From a bacterium (GTDB lineage: Bacteria; Patescibacteriota; Minisyncoccia; Phycocordibacterales; UBA6899), in assembly GCA_043736515.1 (NCBI GenBank), contig JAYTCK010000021.1, positions 3,607 through 67,606 of the forward strand: 64,000 nucleotides of DNA, given 5' to 3'. Shown in pieces: positions 29,386 through 38,001 of this stretch. The translations under genes and the position numbers were made by a program. The notes below the pieces were generated by a model. That model was given only the letters and a program-made list of their open reading frames with translations. It searched no databases and was not told the origin of the DNA. Each line of letters begins with the position of its first letter. Positions within the stretch are counted from its first letter, which is position 1.

Positions 29386-29421
29386 CGACTTAGATTCTTC
29401 CACTAAATGGGTAGGTGATAC

Positions 29422-29637
29422 ATGTCGAAATATGTTCAACGCATACCATGCACCGCATGCGCAAAAGCAAATCCAGTAGAGAGGCAGGGTTGCCGTGAAT
29501 GTCGTGGTGTTGGTTATAATGAGTACTTCACAAAACCTGAGGGCTGCACAGGGCAGCAGCCGGAATGTCCAGTTGCCTACGATCCTGGTGTTCATGGCTG
29601 GGAATGTTCACGATGCGAGCAAAGTGGCCCACTATAA
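29422..29637 (+). CDS. Small Cys-rich protein (8 Cys in 71 aa, three CxxC pairs), putative zinc-ribbon or metal-binding peptide
   Basis: CTAC, CREC, CSRC and two further Cys. Has its own promoter and a strong terminator (cccacc-aataatttt-ggtggg plus T-run, 29665..29693). Confidence 0.5.
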   Translation: MSKYVQRIPCTACAKANPVERQGCRECRGVGYNEYFTKPEGCTGQQPECPVAYDPGVHGWECSRCEQSGPL

Positions 29638-29778
29638 AGTAAATTGTTCCAAGCATCTTTTTTGCCCACCAATAATTTTGGTGGGTTTTTATTTGCACAA
29701 AAGTTGACATAACTAGAACCGTATGATTTTATTGTATCGGCTCAAATTGTAAGTTCTCATTTTCCAAAAGGGGCAATC

Positions 29779-30009
29779 ATGACAATTGAAACTGAACATC
29801 AAATCCACGTGGTAACAATCGTGGCCAGCGCAGCGAGTAGCTCAGTGCACACATGTGTCATGACGGGGTACACCAAGGACGCGGCCAAAAATGCGGCGAG
29901 CGCTCTCTCTGTCGGACAGGAAAACACAAGAGGAACACGCTACGTAAGGGCTACAGTTCACGACACAGGACGTCCATTCACCGATGAATCCCCAAAATGG
30001 GGTTTGTAG
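29779..30009 (+). CDS. Small hypothetical protein (76 aa)
   Basis: RBS aaagggg upstream. Terminator acccgtcat-gaaa-atggcgggt plus T-run at 30019..30048. Confidence 0.4.
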   Translation: MTIETEHQIHVVTIVASAASSSVHTCVMTGYTKDAAKNAASALSVGQENTRGTRYVRATVHDTGRPFTDESPKWGL

Positions 30010-30041
30010 TACCCCAACACCCGTCATGAAAATGGCGGGTT

Positions 30042-31487
30042 TTATTTTATATATTTTTTTACGAGTGCATTAAACTTTTCTCCGCGGTCAAATTCATGGA
30101 GAAATTTTTCAAAGCTGGCTGCCCCTGGAGAAAAAAGTATTGTCGTCTTACCCCGAAGCGTCTTCGCCACGCGAAATGCCTCCACTACGCACTCCCCAAG
30201 TGTCGGGTGCACCCTATTGTCAAGGTCCGACCTTGACAATTTTTTTGGGTTGAGAGCGTTGAGTAATTTTGTCGTTGCGGAGCCTTCAAGAAAAACACAA
30301 TATTCGCTGGGAATGTGTTTTTTTATTACACGAGCTTCACCGGTGAATTCCAGTTCTTTATTAGTGCCTCCAGTTATCAGGACAACATTCCCCAGTTTGC
30401 GAAACCGCTCAATCGCGGCAATCACCCCGTCAGGTGAAGTAGCGCAGCTGTCATTTACGACAGTGAGCTTTCTTCTCTGGTATACGATCTCCTGTCGCAT
30501 GCGCGGAGTGGGCAGTTTGAGTGCAAGTGCTTCGCCCAGCACTACCGCTCCATCGTAAAGCTTTACCGCAAGGACAGCACTCAGTAGGTTTTCAAGGTTG
30601 TGACTTCCCTTTTCTGCCACGAATTTTTTTATGGAGAACAATTGCTGCTCGATCCTGTCAAAACGAAATATCAGTGTGTCGCCGCGCACAAACAGGCCAT
30701 TCAATTTTCTTGGTAGCGGTTTGGTACTAATGAAAAAAAGTATTCCACGAGGTTTTTTTTGGAGAAAAAATTTCGTCCATGTGTTTTCATGATTGAGGAT
30801 AAGAAAATCATCATCATGCTGGAGCTGAAAAATATTGGCTTTTGCCGATGCGTACGCTGTCATATTAGCATACCGATTGAGGTGATCAGGATAAAGATTA
30901 GTGATAACCGCAACATGCGGACCCTTCTCACTTGCAGGGAGATACTCCAATTGCCACGATGACAACTCGACAACTGCTGGAATACTTTTGCCAGTAATGC
31001 GGTCAAATTCTTTAAGAAGCGCATTGTCGGGAGTATTCCCGGATGGGAGTACTTGAGGATATTTCCTTTTGAGGAGCTCGGCAATCCATAGTGTTGTAGT
31101 TGTTTTGCCACGTGTACCCGTTACGGCAATTACGGGATTCGTGATATAGCGAAAAAAAAGACTAGCATCGTTTTCAATTCGCTTGCGTGCTGCCCGTGCA
31201 GCTTTTATATATTCACTTCCCTCTGGCACGCCGGGATTCACGACGAGTAGATCGTGAGTACGGAAGTCCTCGAGTTGGTGTTTACCAAGCACATAGTGCA
31301 CAGGGAGTGCTTGGAGCGACCGAAGTGATGGTGCGAGAATCTTTCTGTCCCGCATGTCGGTGGCTGTCACCGTGGCTCCATGTTTGAGCAGCCATTTGGT
31401 GGTCGCAACGCCTCCTCCGTGGAGTCCCAGGCCCATGACCAGCGCTTTTGTGGAGTTAAAGAGTTTTTTGGGATTATTAGCCTTCAT
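30042..31487 (-). CDS. murD: UDP-N-acetylmuramoyl-L-alanine--D-glutamate ligase
   Basis: 481 aa. N-terminal Rossmann GLGLHGGGVATTKWLLKHGATVTATD; Mur ligase P-loop VIAVTGTRGKTTTT. Confidence 0.85.
   Translation of the reverse strand: MKANNPKKLFNSTKALVMGLGLHGGGVATTKWLLKHGATVTATDMRDRKILAPSLRSLQALPVHYVLGKHQLEDFRTHDLLVVNPGVPEGSEYIKAARAARKRIENDASLFFRYITNPVIAVTGTRGKTTTTLWIAELLKRKYPQVLPSGNTPDNALLKEFDRITGKSIPAVVELSSWQLEYLPASEKGPHVAVITNLYPDHLNRYANMTAYASAKANIFQLQHDDDFLILNHENTWTKFFLQKKPRGILFFISTKPLPRKLNGLFVRGDTLIFRFDRIEQQLFSIKKFVAEKGSHNLENLLSAVLAVKLYDGAVVLGEALALKLPTPRMRQEIVYQRRKLTVVNDSCATSPDGVIAAIERFRKLGNVVLITGGTNKELEFTGEARVIKKHIPSEYCVFLEGSATTKLLNALNPKKLSRSDLDNRVHPTLGECVVEAFRVAKTLRGKTTILFSPGAASFEKFLHEFDRGEKFNALVKKYIK
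30216..30238. repeat. 23-bp perfect palindrome TTGTCAAGGTC-C-GACCTTGACAA, inside the murD 3' coding region
   Basis: Read directly from the sequence. Encodes LSRSDLDNRV of MurD on the minus strand. Confidence 0.8.
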
Positions 31488-31625
31488 AACGACATTCTAA
31501 CATATTCAAAACTTCCAAATTTCTCGTGTAGGTTGACACATATAATCAGTGTGATTGAGTGATGAATAGACCAGACTAAAGCTCCTTGTAATTTTTAGCT
31601 TTATTTTCCAAACTAGGGGGTTCAG

Positions 31626-33581
31626 ATGAACATGCAATGGTTCGCAAAAATTGCGGTATGGTTAGTTTTTGCCTTAGTGATATTCAATGCACTTAACCAG
31701 AAAGACACGCGGAGGGGCGAGGTAGTAATCGGTTACTCTGCTTTTCTTGAAGAAGTAGCGGCGAAGCGTATCCAGAGTGTCGTTCTTCAAGAGGGAGCAG
31801 ACGGCACTACGATCACAGCCCTTACCGCTGACGGGAAGCGGGTCATTACGCTTGCGACCTACCTCGACCGTGGACTGGTAGGCGATCTGATCGACAACAA
31901 TGTCACGTTCGAAGTAAAGCCGAAAGAAAAACCAACTTTCTTGATGAGCATTTTGACCTCATGGGGTCCAATGCTGCTCTTGATCGGCGTATGGATCTAC
32001 TTCATGCGACAAATGCAAGGGGGTGGCAAAGGCGGTATTGGAGGCTTCGGTAAAAGTAAAGCACGCATGCTCGATGAAAATCAGAATGTCGTGACCTTTG
32101 CCGACGTCGCAGGCTGCGATGAAGCCAAGGAAGAAGTGAAGGAGGTCGTCGACTTTCTGAAAGATCCTTCCAGGTTCCAAAAGCTCGGCGGGCGTGTCCC
32201 GCGAGGGTTGCTCCTTGTCGGGCCTCCTGGTACCGGCAAAACGCTCCTTGCAAAATCGATCGCAGGAGAAGCGAAGGTTCCATTCTTTTCGATCTCCGGT
32301 TCTGACTTCGTTGAAATGTATGTCGGTGTGGGTGCAGCCCGTGTGCGCGACATGTTTGAGAATGGAAAAAAGAACTCCCCGTGTATCATCTTTATTGATG
32401 AGATCGACGCAGTAGGAAGACAGCGTGGCGCAGGTTTGGGTGGCGGAAATGACGAGCGCGAACAAACGTTGAATCAAATGCTTGTTGAAATGGATGGATT
32501 CGAGACAAATCTCGGCGTGATCATCGTTGCGGCAACGAACCGTCCCGACATCCTCGACGCAGCATTACTTCGACCAGGGCGTTTCGACCGACAGGTACAC
32601 GTCTCGCTTCCCGACATTAAGGGCCGCGAACAAATCCTCAAGGTCCACATGCGCAAAATACCGGCAGATCCTGATGTAAACCCGAGCGTCATTGCCCGCG
32701 GTACTCCAGGCATGTCGGGTGCTGATCTCGCCAACCTGTGCAACGAAGCAGCGCTCATGGCCGCACGGCGCAATGGGCGCGTGGTCGAGATGCGGGACTT
32801 TGAAAGTGCCAAAGACAAGATCTTAATGGGTCCCGAACGCAAGAGTATGATCATGCCGGAAGAGGAGCGGAAAAACACCGCTTATCACGAAGCGGGGCAC
32901 ACCCTGGTTGGCAAGCTGCTTCCAAAATGCGACCCCGTGCACAAGGTAACGATTATTCCGCGGGGACGTGCACTTGGCGTGACCATGAGTCTCCCCGCAG
33001 CAGATCGCTACAGTTACGACAAAACGTATATGCTCTCCCTGATTGCCATGCTCTTCGGCGGACGGATCGCCGAAGAAGTGTTCATGAGCCAAATGACAAC
33101 AGGTGCTTCGAACGATTTCGAGCGTGCTACCAAGATCGCCAAAGATATGGTGATGCGTTACGGCATGACGGACTCGCTTGGTCCGATGGTGTATTCCGAA
33201 AACGAGGGTGAAGTATTCCTCGGACGCTCGGTCACCAAAACGACGAGCATGAGCGAGTCGACCATGCAAAAAGTGGATGCGGAGGTGCGACGGATCATTG
33301 ACGAGCAATACGCTCTTGCGCGCAAACTCATTGAAGAGAACACGGACAAGATGCATGCGATGGCAAAAGCGCTTCTCGAATGGGAAACACTCGATGCCGA
33401 TCAAATCAATGACATCATGGAAGGAAGAGCCCCTAAACCTCCTTCTCTTCCAGAGCCGCCTACTTCTCCAAAAGAGCCGCCGGTTGTCGAAGTGCCAGGT
33501 ATTGATCCTGAATCTGCACAAATTGCAAAAGACATGGGGATGAGTCCGCTCACCCCTGGGGAAATAAAAGATACTAAATAA
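31626..33581 (+). CDS. ftsH: ATP-dependent zinc metalloprotease FtsH
   Basis: 651 aa. Walker A GPPGTGKT, second region of homology, HEAGH zinc motif, and N-terminal TM pair. Confidence 0.95.
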   Translation: MNMQWFAKIAVWLVFALVIFNALNQKDTRRGEVVIGYSAFLEEVAAKRIQSVVLQEGADGTTITALTADGKRVITLATYLDRGLVGDLIDNNVTFEVKPKEKPTFLMSILTSWGPMLLLIGVWIYFMRQMQGGGKGGIGGFGKSKARMLDENQNVVTFADVAGCDEAKEEVKEVVDFLKDPSRFQKLGGRVPRGLLLVGPPGTGKTLLAKSIAGEAKVPFFSISGSDFVEMYVGVGAARVRDMFENGKKNSPCIIFIDEIDAVGRQRGAGLGGGNDEREQTLNQMLVEMDGFETNLGVIIVAATNRPDILDAALLRPGRFDRQVHVSLPDIKGREQILKVHMRKIPADPDVNPSVIARGTPGMSGADLANLCNEAALMAARRNGRVVEMRDFESAKDKILMGPERKSMIMPEEERKNTAYHEAGHTLVGKLLPKCDPVHKVTIIPRGRALGVTMSLPAADRYSYDKTYMLSLIAMLFGGRIAEEVFMSQMTTGASNDFERATKIAKDMVMRYGMTDSLGPMVYSENEGEVFLGRSVTKTTSMSESTMQKVDAEVRRIIDEQYALARKLIEENTDKMHAMAKALLEWETLDADQINDIMEGRAPKPPSLPEPPTSPKEPPVVEVPGIDPESAQIAKDMGMSPLTPGEIKDTK

Positions 33582-33595
33582 AAGCAAAACGCTGA

Positions 33596-33625
33596 CTTAT
33601 GTCGGCGTTTTTTCTTACTTTTTTT
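33596..33625 (+). terminator. Rho-independent terminator after ftsH
   Basis: acgctgac-ttat-gtcggcgt followed by a T-run. Confidence 0.55.
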
Positions 33626-33660
33626 GCCTACTATTCACAACGTTTATCTATTCATCGCTA

Positions 33661-33681
33661 TGTCAAGGTCAGACCTTGACA
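33661..33681. repeat. 21-bp perfect palindrome TGTCAAGGTC-A-GACCTTGACA, in the convergent ftsH/guaB intergenic region
   Basis: Read directly from the sequence. Same half-site as 30216..30238. Confidence 0.8.
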
Positions 33682-33743
33682 ATGTTTGTAGCAGGCAATA
33701 AGCAGTAGCGATTTTATTCAGACCCCACCTTCAAGGGCATGCC

Positions 33744-35168
33744 TCACTTCACACCGTGGGGGCCGGACTCGGTTAGTCCTGCACTACTCATCTTGATGAA
33801 CTCCGCATTCCCTTTAAATTGCGTCAGCGTTTTTGCTCCCAAGTAGCTCATCGAGGAGCGGAGTCCGCCCACCAAGTCAGTGATAACCATACTTGCCTCA
33901 CCACGATACGGGACTCTCCCTGATGCTCCCTCGGGTGAGCGGAATGCGCCATCGGTCCCTCCATCTACTGCTATTTTTTCTTTTGTCGCATCATAGGATG
34001 CCATGCCACGATAGTATTTATATGCTACTCCACGGTCAAGAATATATTCTCCGGGGGACTCTTTGCATCCTGCAAGCAAATTACCAATCATCACCGTATC
34101 GGAACCCGCCGCCATTGCTTTTGAAAAATCACCAGAGTTCTTCACGCCTCCGTCGGCGATAAATGGGATACCGAGTTTCTTTGCCTCTTTTGCAACGTCC
34201 ATAATTGCGGTGAGTTGGGGTACTCCAACCCCCGTCACGATGCGCGTGGTGCATGCGGCACCAGGTCCAATGCCCACCTTTAGCCCGTCGGCTCCTGCTT
34301 TCACGAGGTCGCGCGCGGCAGAAGGTGTCGCGATATTGCCTGCGATAATTTCTATGCGGGCACCAAATGTTTTGCGTAATAATTTTGTTGTTTCGATAGC
34401 GCGCTCATTGTGCCCATGGGCAATGTCGATGACGATAACATCGGCGCCAGCTTTCAGTAGTGCATCGGTACGTGCGATGGTATCTTCTTTCACCCCAACC
34501 GCAGCACCCACCATCAACCTTCCCTTTTTGTCTTTTGTGGAAAGTGGATTTTGGATGCGTTCCAAAATATCCCGAAGTGTAATCAATCCCGCCAAATACC
34601 CATCCTTCGTGGTGAGTGGGAGTTTCTCGATGCGATAATCATGTAAAATATCTTTTGCTTTTTCGAGCGATACGTCAGCACGTGCGGTGACAACGTTGGT
34701 ACTCATGAGCGACGAGACTTTCTTGCGGTCATCGGTCTCAAAGAGGAGATCTCGGCGTGTGAGAATGCCCACCAAAAGCTTCTTCCCCGCCTTCTCCTTC
34801 ACGACAAGCACACCCGAAATACCTTCGCGTCGCATGAAATTGCGTGCTTCACCGAGCGTTATGTCCGGGGTGACGGTGAACGGGTCTTCAATGATGACAT
34901 TTTCCGCACGCTTCACTTTGCGCACTTCCTCGACTTGCCTTTCAATCGAAAGGAAGCGATGAATGATACCGATTCCGCCCATGCGTGCCATTGCGCGCGC
35001 CATAGAGCTTTCCGTCACCGTATCCATATTGGCCGAAATGAGCGGGATGTTGAGCGTGATATTGCGAGAAAGTCTTGCAGAAGTCGAAGTATCTTTCCGT
35101 GAAAATACCGCGGAGCGCCGGGGCATGAGGAGTACATCATCAAACGTCAATCCCTCGCGGATAATCAT
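33744..35168 (-). CDS. guaB: IMP dehydrogenase (with CBS pair)
   Basis: 474 aa. N-terminal LTFDDVLLMP, catalytic-loop GIGPGAACTTR-like motif, and an inserted CBS domain pair. Confidence 0.9.
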   Translation of the reverse strand: MIIREGLTFDDVLLMPRRSAVFSRKDTSTSARLSRNITLNIPLISANMDTVTESSMARAMARMGGIGIIHRFLSIERQVEEVRKVKRAENVIIEDPFTVTPDITLGEARNFMRREGISGVLVVKEKAGKKLLVGILTRRDLLFETDDRKKVSSLMSTNVVTARADVSLEKAKDILHDYRIEKLPLTTKDGYLAGLITLRDILERIQNPLSTKDKKGRLMVGAAVGVKEDTIARTDALLKAGADVIVIDIAHGHNERAIETTKLLRKTFGARIEIIAGNIATPSAARDLVKAGADGLKVGIGPGAACTTRIVTGVGVPQLTAIMDVAKEAKKLGIPFIADGGVKNSGDFSKAMAAGSDTVMIGNLLAGCKESPGEYILDRGVAYKYYRGMASYDATKEKIAVDGGTDGAFRSPEGASGRVPYRGEASMVITDLVGGLRSSMSYLGAKTLTQFKGNAEFIKMSSAGLTESGPHGVK

Positions 35169-35227
35169 ATGTATTCATTGTACTCTCCAAACTATAATGC
35201 GCCAAAACTGTAGGTGCAGATAACACC

Positions 35228-35262
35228 CTCACACAACGGACTATCAAAAAACCTACGAACAT
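35228..35262 (-). terminator. Rho-independent terminator
   Basis: aacctac-aagcttatgttc-gtaggtt followed by T6 on the minus strand. Confidence 0.55.
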
Positions 35263-35278
35263 AAGCTTGTAGGTTGTC

Positions 35279-35671
35279 TCACTCACGAATGAGAATCTTA
35301 TTGTACACAGCCGGATACACACTATCCACGAGTGGGTCATTTTCGATTTGGCTGCCCAGAAGTGGAAATGGGTCAAGCAAAGTGTCTAGATTATCTTTCG
35401 AATCAAGTCCGAATAGTACGTGTTGCATTTCGATTGAGACGCGTTCGGTCTTGAAAAAGTCAGAAAGCAGAGCAGAAACCTTAAATCGCACTTCGAGCAT
35501 CAGTTCCCCATTTTGCAACGCGTTACTCGCGTCCTCTTTGGACAAAATGTATTCACCGTGCGCTCGGCGACGGATTTCACTTAGTACTTGCTTATAGCAG
35601 TACCCCTGTTCTTTGCGGCGAAGTCTCCAATCTTTTATGAGATTAAATTGGCAAGTGGCATCCTGTTTCAT
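35279..35671 (-). CDS. Hypothetical protein, paralog 1 of a pair
   Basis: 130 aa. Shares W+L+RKEQGYxYxxVxxEI+RR, LDPxxxx and VDxxYP blocks with 36369..36740. Confidence 0.5.
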   Translation of the reverse strand: MKQDATCQFNLIKDWRLRRKEQGYCYKQVLSEIRRRAHGEYILSKEDASNALQNGELMLEVRFKVSALLSDFFKTERVSIEMQHVLFGLDSKDNLDTLLDPFPLLGSQIENDPLVDSVYPAVYNKILIRE

Positions 35672-35912
35672 GTTTTTAACTCCTCAACAACTATCCTTCA
35701 TCATCTTATACTGGCAAAAGCATACTGGTCAATCGAGGCAATTGGTGTGACTCGAAGAATGAATACCCCACATCTCTCTTCAGATTCTTTGTCACCATTC
35801 ATGCATGATTATGATGAAACAACAAAAAATGCCGCATTGAGCGACACAAGAGCTTTGACAAAGGTCGGTGGAAGAGTGAATATACTTTGAGAGCATCTAA
35901 CGGGGAGCTATC

Positions 35913-36332
35913 ATGCTTTTGCGTTTCACTGTCTCCTGCTTTCTTGGTCTTTTTACAGCGCTCGCAAGTGCAGAAACCTGTGATTTACCAACGTTTCCCT
36001 CGAGACTTGAGGGGAAATGGGAGCAAATAGAAAATGATGAAAAGGGAGATATCCGCATCATCATTACGAAAAAAGAGGGCGACGCCATATACGGGTTAAT
36101 GACCCTCACGGGTTCAACTCATTGCAAAGACCCCATTCCATTCCGAGGGGAAAGCGTAGAAAATACCGCCTCTATTTTCGGAGATGCTTTGATCATCTGC
36201 GGGTATCGCGGAAAGCTTACCGGGGTCGTAACTCGAGTGAGTAGCAAAGTTTACAGAGGAAACTTCTCATACAAATGGTTCGATATCACGTGGGCAAAAG
36301 GCACATTCGAGCTTGCGCCCGCAAAAGATTAG
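35913..36332 (+). CDS. Secreted small protein (signal peptide, two Cys)
   Basis: 139 aa. Begins MLLRFTVSCFLGLFTALASA followed by ETC. A beta-rich, lipocalin/YceI-like fold is possible but unproven. Confidence 0.5.
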   Translation: MLLRFTVSCFLGLFTALASAETCDLPTFPSRLEGKWEQIENDEKGDIRIIITKKEGDAIYGLMTLTGSTHCKDPIPFRGESVENTASIFGDALIICGYRGKLTGVVTRVSSKVYRGNFSYKWFDITWAKGTFELAPAKD

Positions 36333-36368
36333 GAACATAAACATAAAAACCGCCCCTACGGCGGTTTG

Positions 36369-36740
36369 TTATTTCTTTGTAGGAAGGTCATCCCCGGGAT
36401 AAAACCTGTCTACCTCACGATTGTCCCTCAAGCTGTGGCGAGTGTCCTTGCCGCGCGATATAGGATCAAGCAATACGAGTAATATGCAGTTATCATCTCG
36501 TATTCCTGCCATGTCTTGAAGGTCTTTATAGGTGAGCATTTTACTCACCAAAAGATCGCACAAATGAGCGGAGAAACGAAAGGCGCTGTCGAGCTTTTCG
36601 ACTCCATCCTCAAATCGTCGCCTCGCTTCATCTTCGTCTAATGTCCGCTCGCCTTCAAATCGGCGCTTGATTTCTAAAAACACATCCTGATATGAATAAC
36701 CCTGTTGGGCTCGTTTTTCTTTCCAGTGCTGTTTTGCCAT
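36369..36740 (-). CDS. Hypothetical protein, paralog 2 of a pair
   Basis: 123 aa, paralogous to 35279..35671. Bidirectional terminator aaaaccgcccc-tac-ggcggtttgtt at 36346..36368. Confidence 0.5.
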   Translation of the reverse strand: MAKQHWKEKRAQQGYSYQDVFLEIKRRFEGERTLDEDEARRRFEDGVEKLDSAFRFSAHLCDLLVSKMLTYKDLQDMAGIRDDNCILLVLLDPISRGKDTRHSLRDNREVDRFYPGDDLPTKK

Positions 36741-36824
36741 TACTCTCTCCTTATATTGTCTCCGCCCATTCTATAGACTGGGGTATTCTCGTCAAGGAAA
36801 TAAATGTGTTAGGATAAGTGAGTT

Positions 36825-37490
36825 ATGTCGAGTAAATTCCAAACAATACTTATCATTGTCGGGCTATTAACTGCAGTTGTGGCGGGGAAAATATGGTACG
36901 ACTCGAGTGATGATTATCTCATCATCAACTATCCTCCCCAAGGCTCTACCATCGTTGCATTCGGAGATAGCTTGACTGTCGGTGTAGGTGCATCATCGCC
37001 TTCGAAAGGTTATGTCAGCATACTTGAAGAGCGCCTCGGTACTCCAATCATCCACAAAGGTATCATTGGCAACACTACGGAAGATGCACTCCAGCGACTA
37101 GACGCGGACGTACTTACAGAAAAGCCGAATATCGTGCTTGTGCTTCTTGGAAGTAACGATTATTTAAAGGGGGTGGAGCAACAAGTCACATTCGACAACC
37201 TTCGTTCCATTACTGAGCGCCTCCAAGCTGAGGGTGCGCTCGTTGTACTTATCGGTGCTAGGGGCGGGCTCTTGAATGACAAATTTTCAAGTGATTTTGA
37301 AAAACTTGCAAAAGAAAAAGGTACGCTGCTTGTACCGGAAATCATGGAGGGCATTATAGGAGAAACGAGCCTAATGTCGGACGTAATTCACCCTAATGAC
37401 GCGGGGTATCTCAAGATGGCAGATAAAATTGCCCCGGTTCTACTCGAGGTTCTCTATGCCACTAAAAGCAGGGAAGGAAAAGCTCAGTAG
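36825..37490 (+). CDS. SGNH/GDSL hydrolase (TesA/lysophospholipase L1-like)
   Basis: 221 aa. FGDSLTVG (block I Ser), GSNDYL (block III), DVIHPNDAG (block V Asp/His). N-terminal TM/signal anchor. Confidence 0.8.
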   Translation: MSSKFQTILIIVGLLTAVVAGKIWYDSSDDYLIINYPPQGSTIVAFGDSLTVGVGASSPSKGYVSILEERLGTPIIHKGIIGNTTEDALQRLDADVLTEKPNIVLVLLGSNDYLKGVEQQVTFDNLRSITERLQAEGALVVLIGARGGLLNDKFSSDFEKLAKEKGTLLVPEIMEGIIGETSLMSDVIHPNDAGYLKMADKIAPVLLEVLYATKSREGKAQ

Positions 37491-37996
37491 GTGAAATTCT
37501 GAACACTGCCTTGCTTCCCATAGTGAAGCACGCGAACATTTTCTTCATTCACTATCGTCAAAAAAAGCCGCACTCCACTCTTTTCCAACAAAAGTCGGGG
37601 CGAAGAGGTTGAGGTGTCAACCGCCAATGTGTATTGGTTCTTTTTCGCTTCTCTTTGATAGAAAGCGATCACGGTCTCTGTGGTATCGTCCGTCTCATAC
37701 ACCCACTTATCTTCAAACTGAAGCGACTGACGTTCTGCTATGTAATGTGAGCGCGGATATGAAAATGAGGTGTCCTCAAAACCATCGCGGTGCGCATCAA
37801 AACGCTTTAGTCCGTAGAGCACTGCAGACACAAGAAGAAGCAGAATAAAGATGTTAAAAAGATGTGGTACGCAGTGAAGGGAGTAGTGACGCTCTCGCCA
37901 CACATGTACTATCTCCCATCCGATTATAAGCCCCAAGAGAGAGAGTATCATGCATCCGTATAGCCAATACTGGGGAAAGTAGTCAGTGAATATCAT
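37484..37996 (-). CDS. Hypothetical membrane protein
   Basis: 170 aa. Two N-terminal TM helices, then a soluble domain. Confidence 0.4.
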   Translation of the reverse strand: MIFTDYFPQYWLYGCMILSLLGLIIGWEIVHVWRERHYSLHCVPHLFNIFILLLLVSAVLYGLKRFDAHRDGFEDTSFSYPRSHYIAERQSLQFEDKWVYETDDTTETVIAFYQREAKKNQYTLAVDTSTSSPRLLLEKSGVRLFLTIVNEENVRVLHYGKQGSVQNFTY

Positions 37997-38001
37997 GGTG
38001 G

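Noticed and set aside
29268-29420. glmS ribozyme in the 5' UTR of glmS
   Set aside because: The upstream spacer is only ~150 nt and shares space with a plus-strand promoter. No recognisable glmS ribozyme core sequence or pseudoknot segments were seen.
34063-34638. 191-aa plus-strand ORF inside guaB
   Set aside because: It is antisense to a strongly supported IMPDH gene. The Ala/Ser/Pro-rich composition is typical of a shadow frame.
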